This document shows, one piece after another, positions 28,881-38,798 of a DNA stretch of 64,000 nucleotides. Numbering within the stretch: the stretch's first letter is position 1; each line of letters starts with the position of its first letter. Under the pieces are notes generated by a model. That model made no database searches and was not told the origin of the DNA. It worked only from the letters and a program-made list of their open reading frames with translations. Location of the stretch: positions 1 to 64,000 of IMG/VR virus record IMGVR_UViG_2974594660_000001; one strand, 5' to 3'. Source of the stretch: a virus. Taxonomy: Duplodnaviria > Heunggongvirae > Uroviricota > Caudoviricetes. The translations under genes and the position numbers were made by a program.

Positions 28881-29173
28881 TATTCGTCCAGTTCTATTTC
28901 GATTGTTTTAATTTTACCGATAACTCTAACGTTTGATCCTGGCTTGACTATAACTGTCATGGCATCTTCAAGTCTTAGATACATATTATCCCCAAGAGAG
29001 AAAGATGCTACTCTAATAAAACTTGCTTTATCCCAACTAGCCAGTTCATACACAAGACCATCATTGGGTTTGGTCATACGTGATAGAATATAAGGCTTTT
29101 TTCTATCAGATGTTATTTTCTTTAGGAATTCAGGTGTTTTCAATTGTAACCTCAATTTTGTCAATTTTACCAA
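28880..29173 (-). CDS. hypothetical protein, member of a tandem paralog trio
   Basis: About 95 aa. Shares the GSELLxK...L..LE...L pattern with the next two ORFs. Confidence 0.35.
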   Translation of the reverse strand: MVKLTKLRLQLKTPEFLKKITSDRKKPYILSRMTKPNDGLVYELASWDKASFIRVASFSLGDNMYLRLEDAMTVIVKPGSNVRVIGKIKTIEIELDE

Positions 29174-29408
29174 TACTTTTCAATAAAATCCCGTATGGTA
29201 AGTGTACACTTTCGAGGTTCCTGAGATTTAAAAAAGAGATATGGTTATTATCTTCAATTTTATCTTGAGTTTTAATTAGCAACTCACTACCATCAAAAAT
29301 TGTTGATGATCCATATAGTTTATAAACAATAGATCCATCAAACTTAACTTCACCAGATTGTATTGGTTTTTCAGACTCTATGTTTACCTTTAGAACTGAT
29401 GTTTTCAA
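29130..29408 (-). CDS. hypothetical protein, member of a tandem paralog trio
   Basis: See 28880..29173. Confidence 0.35.
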   Translation of the reverse strand: MKTSVLKVNIESEKPIQSGEVKFDGSIVYKLYGSSTIFDGSELLIKTQDKIEDNNHISFLNLRNLESVHLPYGILLKSIGKIDKIEVTIENT

Positions 29409-29670
29409 GAACCACCTCCACTTTATCTAAATAACCAACTTCTTCTAGTTTGAAGTCATTTTGTATATATACAAATTCCATGTTTGATAAATCAATGAAA
29501 GATGATGATCCAAGTTTCTCTCTATGATTTTTCGCTCTTAATAGTAATTCACTTCCATTAAAAGCTGGAGAATCATTATAAGACTTGTAGACTGTTTTAT
29601 AATCAAGCTTTACGTCGCAAGCCCTTGTTGATTTATTTTTGTTTTCTTTTACTACTAAATAACCACTCAT
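29371..29670 (-). CDS. hypothetical protein, member of a tandem paralog trio
   Basis: See 28880..29173. Confidence 0.35.
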   Translation of the reverse strand: MSGYLVVKENKNKSTRACDVKLDYKTVYKSYNDSPAFNGSELLLRAKNHREKLGSSSFIDLSNMEFVYIQNDFKLEEVGYLDKVEVVLENISSKGKHRV

Positions 29671-29672
29671 TG

Positions 29673-30473
29673 CTACTTACTCCAATCATAAACAGCATGA
29701 ACATGATCAATAACACCATCAAAAACTTCTTTACCTTTTGAAAAGATACCGTTTGTAACAAACAGTGATATTGACTCAGGATTACCTTTTTCTCTTAAAG
29801 CTTTGGCGACTTCAATAAAGGTTCGACCGCCATCACAGATATCATCAACAATGATTAAATTAGCGTCACAGTAGTCAAGAGAAGTATTAACCTCTACGCC
29901 TGTAATCTCACCAGTTGATGTATCACGAATCTTGCTTGCATGTATTACAGGCTTATTATAGATTTTTGATAACTCATGAATCTTTTTATCAGCCCCTGCA
30001 TCGGGTGATACAAAAATTGTTTTACCTTTAAACATCTCGCCGATTGGAAGAGCGTGTCTGTGTTGCATAAATACTTGAGATTGCGTAATTACACTGGATT
30101 TATTAATAAGTGCAGGGGCAACATCAGAGTGTGGATCAATTAGTATAACTTCATCTGCATTCATTGAGTTCACAATGTTTGCAAACACTTTTAAAGAGAA
30201 ACACTCTTTCTTAGATGTTACTCGATCTTGTCTGGCAAATGGCAAGTATTCAAAGATAATTCTTAGGCTACCATTTCTAACCTGCATTCGACTGACAACA
30301 TCATGAATTAATAGCATATCAATTACTTCATCAGAGGATCGCAAGGAGCAAATGATTTCTACATCAATTACAGATACAGGAGGTGTAGATAAGAGTTTAG
30401 CGTGACGTTCACCACCATTGAATGAGAATAAATCAAACTCTTGAGGTATACCATTCATTGTTACATGAATCAT
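29673..30473 (-). CDS. prs: ribose-phosphate pyrophosphokinase (PRPP synthetase)-like
   Basis: PRPP-binding loop LIIVDDICDGGRTF. It lies beside NAMPT, whose substrate is PRPP. Confidence 0.7.
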   Translation of the reverse strand: MIHVTMNGIPQEFDLFSFNGGERHAKLLSTPPVSVIDVEIICSLRSSDEVIDMLLIHDVVSRMQVRNGSLRIIFEYLPFARQDRVTSKKECFSLKVFANIVNSMNADEVILIDPHSDVAPALINKSSVITQSQVFMQHRHALPIGEMFKGKTIFVSPDAGADKKIHELSKIYNKPVIHASKIRDTSTGEITGVEVNTSLDYCDANLIIVDDICDGGRTFIEVAKALREKGNPESISLFVTNGIFSKGKEVFDGVIDHVHAVYDWSK

Positions 30474-30787
30474 TCTAAATCCTCCACATATTTTTTATAC
30501 CACTTATCAACCTTTTTACTGATTGAATCTTCCAGTAAAGAGATGAAGTTTTCTTTAGTAATGAACCCTTTGCTACGAGCATAAAGAAAAGCGCAATCAA
30601 CAGAAGAAATAATAATGTCAGCAGTTTCATTGGCTACATTCTCCATTGGTTCACTGTATAAAACAGCAGATTGAAGTTCTCCTGATTCTTCTCCAACCTT
30701 TAATGCTACATCTTTTGGATCTCTTGCCAGACCAGCAACAAATGATGTATCTAATATTTTATTTAGAGATTCCATACTTATCTTCAT
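30470..30787 (-). CDS. MazG-like nucleoside triphosphate pyrophosphohydrolase
   Basis: VGEESGELQSAV is an EExxE metal-binding helix. Size is about 100 aa. Confidence 0.5.
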   Translation of the reverse strand: MKISMESLNKILDTSFVAGLARDPKDVALKVGEESGELQSAVLYSEPMENVANETADIIISSVDCAFLYARSKGFITKENFISLLEDSISKKVDKWYKKYVEDLE

Positions 30788-31019
30788 CCCCTTTATGGAA
30801 ACTATTATTCACAGAATATGTTTCATCAATTTCTGATTGAATCAATGTTTCGACTACAACATTATCTAATTTCTTAGCCTCAGAATTTTTATCTGACTTA
30901 TTTGCCATATAGATAAATATAAAAGTAATGACAAAGATTAAAATAACACCACCTATCATTTGACCACTACTTCCACTTCCAGTGATTCTTGGATCACCTA
31001 GGTTGTCATCATCAATCAT
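30759..31019 (-). CDS. small membrane protein
   Basis: One TM segment (GGVILIFVITFIFIYMA). Confidence 0.3.
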   Translation of the reverse strand: MIDDDNLGDPRITGSGSSGQMIGGVILIFVITFIFIYMANKSDKNSEAKKLDNVVVETLIQSEIDETYSVNNSFHKGDEDKYGISK

Positions 31020-31111
31020 TAGCTTTCATACCAGTGTATTATTAAAATGATAAGGTATATAACTAAGAAAAAATGATACATCATATACCTCCTTATATTA
31101 TGTGCAATAAC

Positions 31112-31678
31112 TTATCGACCAATTTTTGTGCAATTTGGCATATCTTTTAATCCAATCTTAACCTCTGGGATTAAATCAACTGCCAGTTTTAAGAAGCTTA
31201 CTGGTACTCTATCACATGATGGTCGATCTCTGTTTATCTTAACCAATTCATCAAACTGTTTTTCAAATAGTTTGTAGCAGAACTGCATACCATAGTAATC
31301 AGCTAGAATTTTCCACTCACTGATCGTTTTGAGGTTAAAGTTAGTATTACAGATAATGATTTCTTTTATCTGTTTTTGTTTGGACAAGGAGATGACTTGT
31401 GCTTCCATCATACTCTTCATAAGAGCTAATGTTTCTTTGTCATTTAATTTGGAAAAGAATTCTTTCTTATCCATATCACCAAACAAAGTAGTACGCAAAT
31501 TATCTAAACTAACAACTGCAACTTTTCCAATGTTATCTTTACAACGCTTATTAGTCCAAGTTGTTTTACCTGCACCAGCAGATCCAATTGTTAAAATAAG
31601 TTTAATCATTTTTAATATCCCAATAACAGTAAACTGCACTGCCAATAATACATACAGATAAGAATAAGACATGACCAA
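31112..31678 (-). CDS. P-loop kinase (AAA_33/polynucleotide-kinase-like or nucleotide kinase)
   Basis: Walker A GSAGAGKTTW near the N-terminus. Confidence 0.45.
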   Translation of the reverse strand: MVMSYSYLYVLLAVQFTVIGILKMIKLILTIGSAGAGKTTWTNKRCKDNIGKVAVVSLDNLRTTLFGDMDKKEFFSKLNDKETLALMKSMMEAQVISLSKQKQIKEIIICNTNFNLKTISEWKILADYYGMQFCYKLFEKQFDELVKINRDRPSCDRVPVSFLKLAVDLIPEVKIGLKDMPNCTKIGR

Positions 31679-31717
31679 TTATTAGGTAGATTAATTTAGT
31701 TACTTGATAATCCATAA

Positions 31718-31990
31718 TTACCTCAACTGAGAGTCTTTAGAACCTCTTCTGTTGTAACCAGAGAATGTCTTGACATCTTTTAATGATTGACACTCTATGC
31801 AGAACTTAACACCTTTTAAAGCTTTTCTACGAGCTTCTGGTATAGGTTCACCACACTCTAAGCAGAACATTTCACTCTCACCTTTTGGTAAGTTTGCTCT
31901 TGCTCTTAAAATGCCATCATCAATAGTGGCTTTAATAGTATCTTGGAAATTGTCTATATTTCCGAAGCCAACTGCCATATTACACCTCAA
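31718..31990 (-). CDS. DksA/TraR-family C4 zinc-finger protein
   Basis: CLECGEPIPEARRKALKGVKFCIECQ. Confidence 0.55.
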   Translation of the reverse strand: MRCNMAVGFGNIDNFQDTIKATIDDGILRARANLPKGESEMFCLECGEPIPEARRKALKGVKFCIECQSLKDVKTFSGYNRRGSKDSQLR

Positions 31991-32362
31991 TAAAAATTGC
32001 CTACTTGTGATACCAGCCCAGACCTATCATTTGGTAACATACTAACCATTAAAGTTGAACCCAGGGTTTAATAATGGTTACTGTTTATTGAATATTTTAT
32101 AAAGCATATTAAAACTATTATATAAGCTTTATTATCTAACTTTTAATTTTTAAACTCTTATGTTAAATAAGATGATTCCTGTGTGGGAGGTACATCGCCC
32201 TCTCCACTATGGAGTCGAACCATATCATCTCATTATTTTTTGAATTTTCAAATTATCAGTTTGATACAACATTTATTTATTCTACCAGTTCAAAATGTTG
32301 TCAAAACTATAGGAGTATGTTTTATATAATATCGGTACTACAAGTAGGACTTTTAATTTATA

Positions 32363-32992
32363 TTACAAAGTAATCATTGTCACGGAATTGATTTCATTGA
32401 TTGCAACATCAACTTCCATTGCAAAATCATTCAAATCTGTTTCCATTTCCTTAAGCTTGGTACTTACTTTCAACGGATCAATCAATGATGCATATCCAGA
32501 CTTCTCTTCTGAAACACGAACTGCTTCAACCATTTCTGCTGTAGCACTTGTAAGGTTTTTAGTTTTCTCAGCAATACTATCAGAGAGTTTGGTATTGATG
32601 AGATTAACACGAGAAGACTCAGTTAATACATTAGCTTTCCAGTGAGCGATCATATTTAACTGATGACTACACATGTTTTTCAAATCTATCGCTTCTGCAA
32701 TTGTATAGTTTTTACCTGAAATAGTAACAACAGTTGTTGCATTAGATAAGTTTACAAGTTGCTTAAGGTGTGAACGTTCTTTAATCAAATCAATAATAGA
32801 TTGGAAATTAGATGTTACAGCTTTTTCAGCATCTTCAATTGTTTTGTAAACTGGATTACGTGGCTTGGCTTGTTGATCTTTACCAATGGCAACTTCAACA
32901 ATATTACCATCAGCGCCTTTACTTAAACGATCAGTTATAGTTTTAATCCGAACAAGAGCACGAGCAATTGAGATTTTAACTTCTTCTGACAT
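32363..32992 (-). CDS. hypothetical protein
   Basis: 209 aa ORF. Confidence 0.4.
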   Translation of the reverse strand: MSEEVKISIARALVRIKTITDRLSKGADGNIVEVAIGKDQQAKPRNPVYKTIEDAEKAVTSNFQSIIDLIKERSHLKQLVNLSNATTVVTISGKNYTIAEAIDLKNMCSHQLNMIAHWKANVLTESSRVNLINTKLSDSIAEKTKNLTSATAEMVEAVRVSEEKSGYASLIDPLKVSTKLKEMETDLNDFAMEVDVAINEINSVTMITL

Positions 32993-33060
32993 TTTGATTA
33001 CCTTTTAATTTTTAAAGTTTAATAAAGTGGCAACTTTGTGTTACCACTTATGATAAATAC

Positions 33061-33276
33061 TTAAACGTTCTTCCATTCAGTAATACCTGATAGGATTTCA
33101 ACCCCATCAAGTTTACGGTCTTTGTGGTTTTTAAGCTCACGAGTGAACACTGGGTTTTTAACATCTGAACCCTCTACCACTTCTTCAGAGTAAACAGCCT
33201 TGGTGAAAGCACCTTTATTTTTAACAATAACAACAGCACCAACTTCAGGACGTTTTTCTGAGATATTTAAGAACAT
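33061..33276 (-). CDS. hypothetical small protein
   Basis: 71 aa ORF. Confidence 0.3.
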   Translation of the reverse strand: MFLNISEKRPEVGAVVIVKNKGAFTKAVYSEEVVEGSDVKNPVFTRELKNHKDRKLDGVEILSGITEWKNV

Positions 33277-33355
33277 ATTAATTTTACCTTTAATTTAAAT
33301 TAAGATTAGGAGTCGCTCAAGCTCCCTCAAGCGACTTATTACTAATGGTAGATAC

Positions 33356-33940
33356 TTATGCTTTACGTGACTCTAAAATGTCAGCCAGACCGTTCTTAGA
33401 GCTTTCACCAACTGGTTCTGCTAGGTTGGTAACTTGCCACTCACCATTAGCATCTTTTTCAAGCATTACGAATTCAACAGCAGTAGAGAATGCCGCATTT
33501 TCATCAAGTTTAGCTTCAAATAAAACCTTATCATCATCACCATATAAACGGGCAACTGGATTTGTTGAAGCTGCAAAAGGAATCGCATCACCTGCACTGT
33601 AAGATGTAACAGCGATTAGTAATTTATTAGCTTGTACTTTTGTTAAGTCAATTTCGATTGTTTCATCGTCACCATCAGCTGCACCATCACGAGCGTCACC
33701 GTAGTGAACAACACCAGCAACAGGGTTTTCTTTGTTGCCATGCTCATTGCCAGTACAATTACCATAATAGGCAATGTTGTCTGTATCAGGCTGTTTGATT
33801 TTACCGTTATCATCTAACGCAACAAGTACAGCATCTAAGTCTGCACTCTCATCCCAAGCTAAACCAAAGCGTAACTTTGTTAGAGATTTTGCTGCTTTTG
33901 ACATGTTGATAGTTTGGTTTTTGCTTAATACGATAGACAT
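33356..33940 (-). CDS. terD: TerD-family stress protein
   Basis: Canonical TerD blocks: GLAWDE, DLDAVLVALDDNGK, GDARDGAADGDDETIEIDL. Confidence 0.8.
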   Translation of the reverse strand: MSIVLSKNQTINMSKAAKSLTKLRFGLAWDESADLDAVLVALDDNGKIKQPDTDNIAYYGNCTGNEHGNKENPVAGVVHYGDARDGAADGDDETIEIDLTKVQANKLLIAVTSYSAGDAIPFAASTNPVARLYGDDDKVLFEAKLDENAAFSTAVEFVMLEKDANGEWQVTNLAEPVGESSKNGLADILESRKA

Positions 33941-34043
33941 ATATTAACTTCCTTATGAACGTTAAGGCATTATTGCCAGACATAATATTTACTACACAAT
34001 AAAATATGTTAGGGGTCTTGAACTAACAACCCCTAAAGGTATT

Positions 34044-34352
34044 TTATCGGATTTGCATGCTTGTGATATCAATGCTACCAATAACAATCAAACGTGGTTT
34101 TGCTTGAGGGTTATGCATTTTATTTGAACGATAACCACTACAACCAGTGCGAAGATTAGATACATATAACCCACGACTAGTTTTTCCAGTAACAGCGTAT
34201 AAATCACCGTTGTTACCTTTATAAACATCACCATTAATTAACATTGACGCTGATTTAATTTGTGACTTCTTGAATTTCTTAACTTGATATTTTAAAGTTG
34301 CCATCTGTCTGTACCTTTTACAGTTGTTTGATTTTAATGGATAGTTAAACAT
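34044..34352 (-). CDS. hypothetical basic protein
   Basis: 102 aa ORF. Confidence 0.35.
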   Translation of the reverse strand: MFNYPLKSNNCKRYRQMATLKYQVKKFKKSQIKSASMLINGDVYKGNNGDLYAVTGKTSRGLYVSNLRTGCSGYRSNKMHNPQAKPRLIVIGSIDITSMQIR

Positions 34353-34405
34353 TAATATAAATGCTTAATAATAGAGCTACAATAAGTAGCCCTATGGTTA
34401 AGAAC

Positions 34406-35317
34406 TTATTTCTTGTTCAATGATTTAATAACACCCATACCAAGTAGTGATAGGACTATAATCAAAGATAAGACTGGATTTACATGTAAACCAATTGTTG
34501 ATGCAATTAATTTTAGACCAACAAAAATTAACACATAACCAACATATGTTTCCAGCTCACTTAGCTTCTTAATCAAAGTATCTAGTATAAAGAACAACGC
34601 CCTTAATCCAAGAATTGCCATGATTATAGCTGCATACACTAAGGTTGGTTCCTCAGTGATTGAAATGACAGCAGGTACACTATCGAACGAGAACATGATA
34701 TCACTGAACTCGATAGCCACCATACAAAGGAAAACAGGAGTAACATATTTAATACCATTAACGAAATGGAAGAAACGATCACCAGATGAAGTACCTGTGT
34801 AAACAGGGTAAAACTTCTTGACCATCTTGATGAACCATTTGTCATCATAATTGACAACTTCTTCTTCATCACCGCCACCTTTTAAAATTGCGTAAGCAGA
34901 CCATAGAACAATAAGTCCGAATACAACCTGAACTAATGGGTGTAGGTTAAACAACGATGTACCAAGGCTAACAAAGATTCCACGGAAAATTAATGCACCT
35001 GCAATACCCCATAAGAGTATTCGATGTTTTGTATGTGCATCTTTAATACCGAAGTAAGAAAAGATTGCAATGAATACAACCAAGTTATCAATTGATAAAA
35101 CCTTTTCCATAACATAGCCACTATAATAGTGAACCATACTTGTTGTGCCCATTAACATCCACACAATAATACCAAAGGCAATACCAATACCAACCCAGAA
35201 TACAGACCACATACAACTTTCACGGAAAGTCATTTCTTTCTTGTTTCCATGACCAATAAAATCAAAGAAAATAGAAACTGAAATGACCATAGCCATTGCA
35301 ATGTAAATACCAATCAT
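34406..35317 (-). CDS. terC: TerC-family integral membrane protein
   Basis: Multi-pass membrane protein of about 300 aa with TerC-like helices and repeated SxDNxxV-type segments. Confidence 0.65.
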   Translation of the reverse strand: MIGIYIAMAMVISVSIFFDFIGHGNKKEMTFRESCMWSVFWVGIGIAFGIIVWMLMGTTSMVHYYSGYVMEKVLSIDNLVVFIAIFSYFGIKDAHTKHRILLWGIAGALIFRGIFVSLGTSLFNLHPLVQVVFGLIVLWSAYAILKGGGDEEEVVNYDDKWFIKMVKKFYPVYTGTSSGDRFFHFVNGIKYVTPVFLCMVAIEFSDIMFSFDSVPAVISITEEPTLVYAAIIMAILGLRALFFILDTLIKKLSELETYVGYVLIFVGLKLIASTIGLHVNPVLSLIIVLSLLGMGVIKSLNKK

Positions 35318-35511
35318 TAGATAACCTTTTTAATCATTTTAACTTCTGAGCAAGGGAATTCAGCAACAATTTCATCGCCTACAAGGAACACATATACACC
35401 CATCATTCGATGGTTGTGTGGGTTATCTCTCTTAATTGAAAGATATAAATCTGCTTCAACTTCAACACCTGAGTTATCATTGTAACCCAATCTAACTTCA
35501 TACTTATTCAT
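35317..35511 (-). CDS. hypothetical small protein
   Basis: 64 aa ORF. Confidence 0.3.
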   Translation of the reverse strand: MNKYEVRLGYNDNSGVEVEADLYLSIKRDNPHNHRMMGVYVFLVGDEIVAEFPCSEVKMIKKVI

Positions 35512-35572
35512 TTTATAACCTCTAATAAGTAGTCTCGGTTTTAAAGAGATCCGAAAACTCCATCGATGGGTA

Positions 35573-36157
35573 TTAGAACCCTACCGCAAAGCCAGCACCA
35601 ATCGCATGATCTTGTTCTGAGTTATGGCTAAATGATAACCGAACAGCAGTTGACCGTGTAGGTTTAATTTGAGCACCAACCGCTACTGCATTTTCGCCAT
35701 TATACCAACCGCCACCAACACCAACACTGAATGTATCTCCGTCAACATAAGGGATATTAGACATAGCTGCTACGCCAGAGATACCAGCAGACATTTTCTT
35801 TTCGCTTGTACGCATCCACTTCTGAACATCACCACGCAAGGCACCAACCTGATTGTCGGTGTAAGCAACACCACTTGATGAGGTAGCGACTAATTGATCA
35901 CCAAAATATTGTTCTGTTTGGTGTAATTTGTCGTCAGTGTACTTGTTAGAAACCTTAATGGCTTCACTTTTACGAACATCAGTGTAATCATTAGAGCGTT
36001 GCTCTGCATCTAATGTTTCTTGATGACTTGTTAGGTACAACTCATAAGCATGTGCCTGCTCATAGGAAAGATCAGGATACTTCTCTTCCAATGTTTGGGC
36101 AAACGCAGTAGAGGCAAGCAATAAGCCAGATACTAAGGCAATGATTTGTTTTTTCAT
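35573..36157 (-). CDS. outer-membrane beta-barrel protein (Ail/Lom/OmpX-like)
   Basis: Signal peptide MKKQIIALVSGLLLASTAFA, alternating aromatic/Gly strands, and a C-terminal ...GFAVGF with terminal Phe. Confidence 0.5.
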   Translation of the reverse strand: MKKQIIALVSGLLLASTAFAQTLEEKYPDLSYEQAHAYELYLTSHQETLDAEQRSNDYTDVRKSEAIKVSNKYTDDKLHQTEQYFGDQLVATSSSGVAYTDNQVGALRGDVQKWMRTSEKKMSAGISGVAAMSNIPYVDGDTFSVGVGGGWYNGENAVAVGAQIKPTRSTAVRLSFSHNSEQDHAIGAGFAVGF

Positions 36158-36245
36158 GATTCATCTCTTAGAACAATGTGAATTAAAACGAACGATAGTA
36201 AAATAAAAGCTAAATCAGGACTCATAGCCCCTCCCTAGCACGACG

Positions 36246-36542
36246 TCACAGTAGTAAGTTTGATTTCTCACCACTATGTAACTTGATTTGCATACCTTTT
36301 AAGTTTTCAAAAGTATGTCGGATTGCACCATACAATTTGTGCATGTTATTGTTTTTGGAATCAAAGCGGAAGTTTTCAAGATACTTAACTTCTTTTTGTT
36401 TACCGTAAAGTTTGACAGTTACTTGCAGGCAATTACGCTTTGCTTTACGTTTAACATAAATTTTACCTACTACTTCAGGTAATTTTATAGATGTTGCCTT
36501 ATCAAAATAAACATTGTTTACATTCAACACGACCATTGACAT
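36246..36542 (-). CDS. hypothetical protein
   Basis: 98 aa ORF. Confidence 0.35.
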   Translation of the reverse strand: MSMVVLNVNNVYFDKATSIKLPEVVGKIYVKRKAKRNCLQVTVKLYGKQKEVKYLENFRFDSKNNNMHKLYGAIRHTFENLKGMQIKLHSGEKSNLLL

Positions 36543-36612
36543 TTTGATAACCTCTTATGGTTGAATAAATATTAACTAGTCCTCAATATTGAAGACTAGG
36601 TGATATCTACTT

Positions 36613-37161
36613 TTATTTTAATCCCCGCATTGCCTTGGTCATTTCAGCTAATCTTGAAGTTCGAGTTGCATCATTCTCGACTCTTCTCTCTTCTTCAATA
36701 GCTTTATCTTTTATTTCCTGTCTGACCATTTTAAGGGAGAGTTTTAATATCTTTTCTTTAGTTTCTAAATCAACTAAATCTGAGTGCATTAATGTATCAA
36801 CATGAGCCTTAGCACAATTGGCATTAGCTTTAACTAGACACACATTACCGCGCACATATCCTTTTAAAGGGTTGATACGTTCAATGGTTATATCTGGGGC
36901 ATTTTTAAATTCTTCCCCAGAGTAGGCGCAAAGACCATTACCTTTATTAAAAAGATCATGTACATCTTTTAATGTCAAGTCAAACTCAACACCCTTAGAG
37001 CTAGCATTGTTAATTTTATCTAGCATTTTTCTTAGAATAATATAAGGGCTTAGGCTTGTATATTTCATCGAAGATCCTTTAACTTCCTTGATTGTCGTAG
37101 AATTTACTGAACATTGCAGTGATAGGGTGTACTTTTTCAGACTCTTTTCTTTTTCTATCAC
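36613..37161 (-). CDS. hypothetical protein, possibly a degenerate HNH-like nuclease
   Basis: CAYSGEEF...ITIERINPLKGYVRGNVCLVKANANCAKAH is HNH-like, but the first His is missing. Confidence 0.3.
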   Translation of the reverse strand: MIEKEKSLKKYTLSLQCSVNSTTIKEVKGSSMKYTSLSPYIILRKMLDKINNASSKGVEFDLTLKDVHDLFNKGNGLCAYSGEEFKNAPDITIERINPLKGYVRGNVCLVKANANCAKAHVDTLMHSDLVDLETKEKILKLSLKMVRQEIKDKAIEEERRVENDATRTSRLAEMTKAMRGLK

Positions 37162-37242
37162 GCTCCTCTTTCTCTGCTATTAATCTTTCACGTCTATCTA
37201 ATGCAGATTCAGACAAACCAATTGTTACAACTTCTGGCGCAC

Positions 37243-37677
37243 TCATAGTGATGATAACTCGCTAACTGAATAACCAATACCAAAATAAACAGCCTGATTC
37301 AGAGAATGATCAGCGCATATTTTATCTTTTCCACATTTGTTTTCTTTAATGAAAAAATCGTAAGCCTTTTTAACATCAGGTCGAACACCAAAAACTTCTT
37401 GATAATCCATACCTAACATAAGAGAATCAACATAATCCTCTGCCACTGTATTAATGCAATCATTCATTGTTTGATTAGATGGCATTGGTTTATTCTTTGC
37501 AAATCTTTTGCAAATATTCGTTGCATCTTTTTCAATAGCATTAAAAGTTTGCTGGGTTTCTGGTAAATACTTAGAGCGATCTAAATCTAAAAACTTATCA
37601 GAAGCTAATACTGGATGACATGCGGAAAGTGTCACCGTAGTGACAATTGCAATTGCTACTGCTTTTAAAGGTTTCAT
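37243..37677 (-). CDS. putative lipoprotein
   Basis: MKPLKAVAIAIVTTVTLSAC lipobox. Confidence 0.45.
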   Translation of the reverse strand: MKPLKAVAIAIVTTVTLSACHPVLASDKFLDLDRSKYLPETQQTFNAIEKDATNICKRFAKNKPMPSNQTMNDCINTVAEDYVDSLMLGMDYQEVFGVRPDVKKAYDFFIKENKCGKDKICADHSLNQAVYFGIGYSVSELSSL

Positions 37678-37899
37678 CTTTTACCCCATTTATTTTCATT
37701 AGCTTTGTTTGTTACCAACTTTTTATAAATAGTTGGCTCTCTATCTGGGTGACGTTTGGTGTTCTCATACAAGTAAGATTGTTCAAAAGCTTTCTTTCTC
37801 ACTTTCATGATAGCCTTTTTTAAGGCTTGTCCTCTCAACCGTTCCATTTTTCACCTTATGATAATACATTAATAAACCATCAGCTTATTAATATACAAT

Positions 37900-37930
37900 C
37901 AGGAAAACCCCTGTGACTACGACAGGGGGC
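37900..37930 (-). terminator. rho-independent terminator
   Basis: Minus strand CCCCCTGT-CGTAGTC-ACAGGGG followed by TTTTCCTGATT. Confidence 0.5.
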
Positions 37931-38133
37931 TTTCTAAACTAACTCCGACTCACATTATCATATTCTCAAATTAAAGATTATATCTAGTAATATTTACTAC
38001 CCATCTAATCACCTCGAAAGGTGTTCTTTGTATTAGATGCCTAACAAAGGTTTATTTGTCTACTTTGTTTCTTCGGTGTTGATAGTCGTCGAGATTACCA
38101 GTCTCTAACCACCACAAGGGGTTAACCTCCTGA

Positions 38134-38415
38134 TTAACAAGTTAATCTTTTATTCAAAGATTCCTCAAGTCTCTCAATATAATAGAGAGCTGGGCTAAAC
38201 TGTTTAGTAACTAAGGTTTCTTTAGCCAGTTTAACATCATGCAAGATTTCATCTTTGAGGTAAGATATAATAGTTTCTCGTAAACTATCCATCTCATTCT
38301 CAAGACGCAATCTTAAACTTTTCTCAAACTTAGACAGTGCATCTTTCGACTCTTTTAGAGATTTAATCTCATCTCTAAGTTGATCTATTTCATAGGATTC
38401 TTTAATTGTTTTCAC
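38134..38415 (-). CDS. hypothetical coiled-coil protein
   Basis: 93 aa ORF. Confidence 0.35.
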   Translation of the reverse strand: MKTIKESYEIDQLRDEIKSLKESKDALSKFEKSLRLRLENEMDSLRETIISYLKDEILHDVKLAKETLVTKQFSPALYYIERLEESLNKRLTC

Positions 38416-38798
38416 AGAACCACCTTATAATTAATCAGATTAAGATTAACATCAATCGCAATTTGTTTACCATCTTCAAAGATGGCAACACCATTACAAT
38501 CAATTTTAGCAGTGTAAACGTGACCTAAACGTAACCCCTTGTAAGACCAAATAGGATTAACAGCAGTGAGTTTAAAGTCGAAAGATCCGCCAGCATTGAT
38601 GCCAGTTTCTTTTAACCAATTCAAGACGGATTTAACGCTATCATTAAGGCTGTAAGACTGACCAGAACGACACAGTAGTGTACACGTTCCATTCTTAGCG
38701 ATAGAGATGTAGTCAACCTTTGAGGTCATGAAAGAAACGCTACCATTTTTTAACTCGATAGCTTTATTTGTTACATCAATTGCGGTTATCTTATTCAC
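38412..38798 (-). CDS. hypothetical protein
   Basis: 128 aa ORF. Confidence 0.35.
   Translation of the reverse strand: MNKITAIDVTNKAIELKNGSVSFMTSKVDYISIAKNGTCTLLCRSGQSYSLNDSVKSVLNWLKETGINAGGSFDFKLTAVNPIWSYKGLRLGHVYTAKIDCNGVAIFEDGKQIAIDVNLNLINYKVVL

Noticed and set aside
32175-32225. tRNA-like T-arm and acceptor fragment (minus strand TATGG-TTCGACT-CCATA plus GTGGAGAG)
   Set aside because: Only the 3' third of a cloverleaf is present and no matching 5' acceptor strand is found upstream. It is possibly a decayed tRNA or att-like remnant, but too fragmentary to call.
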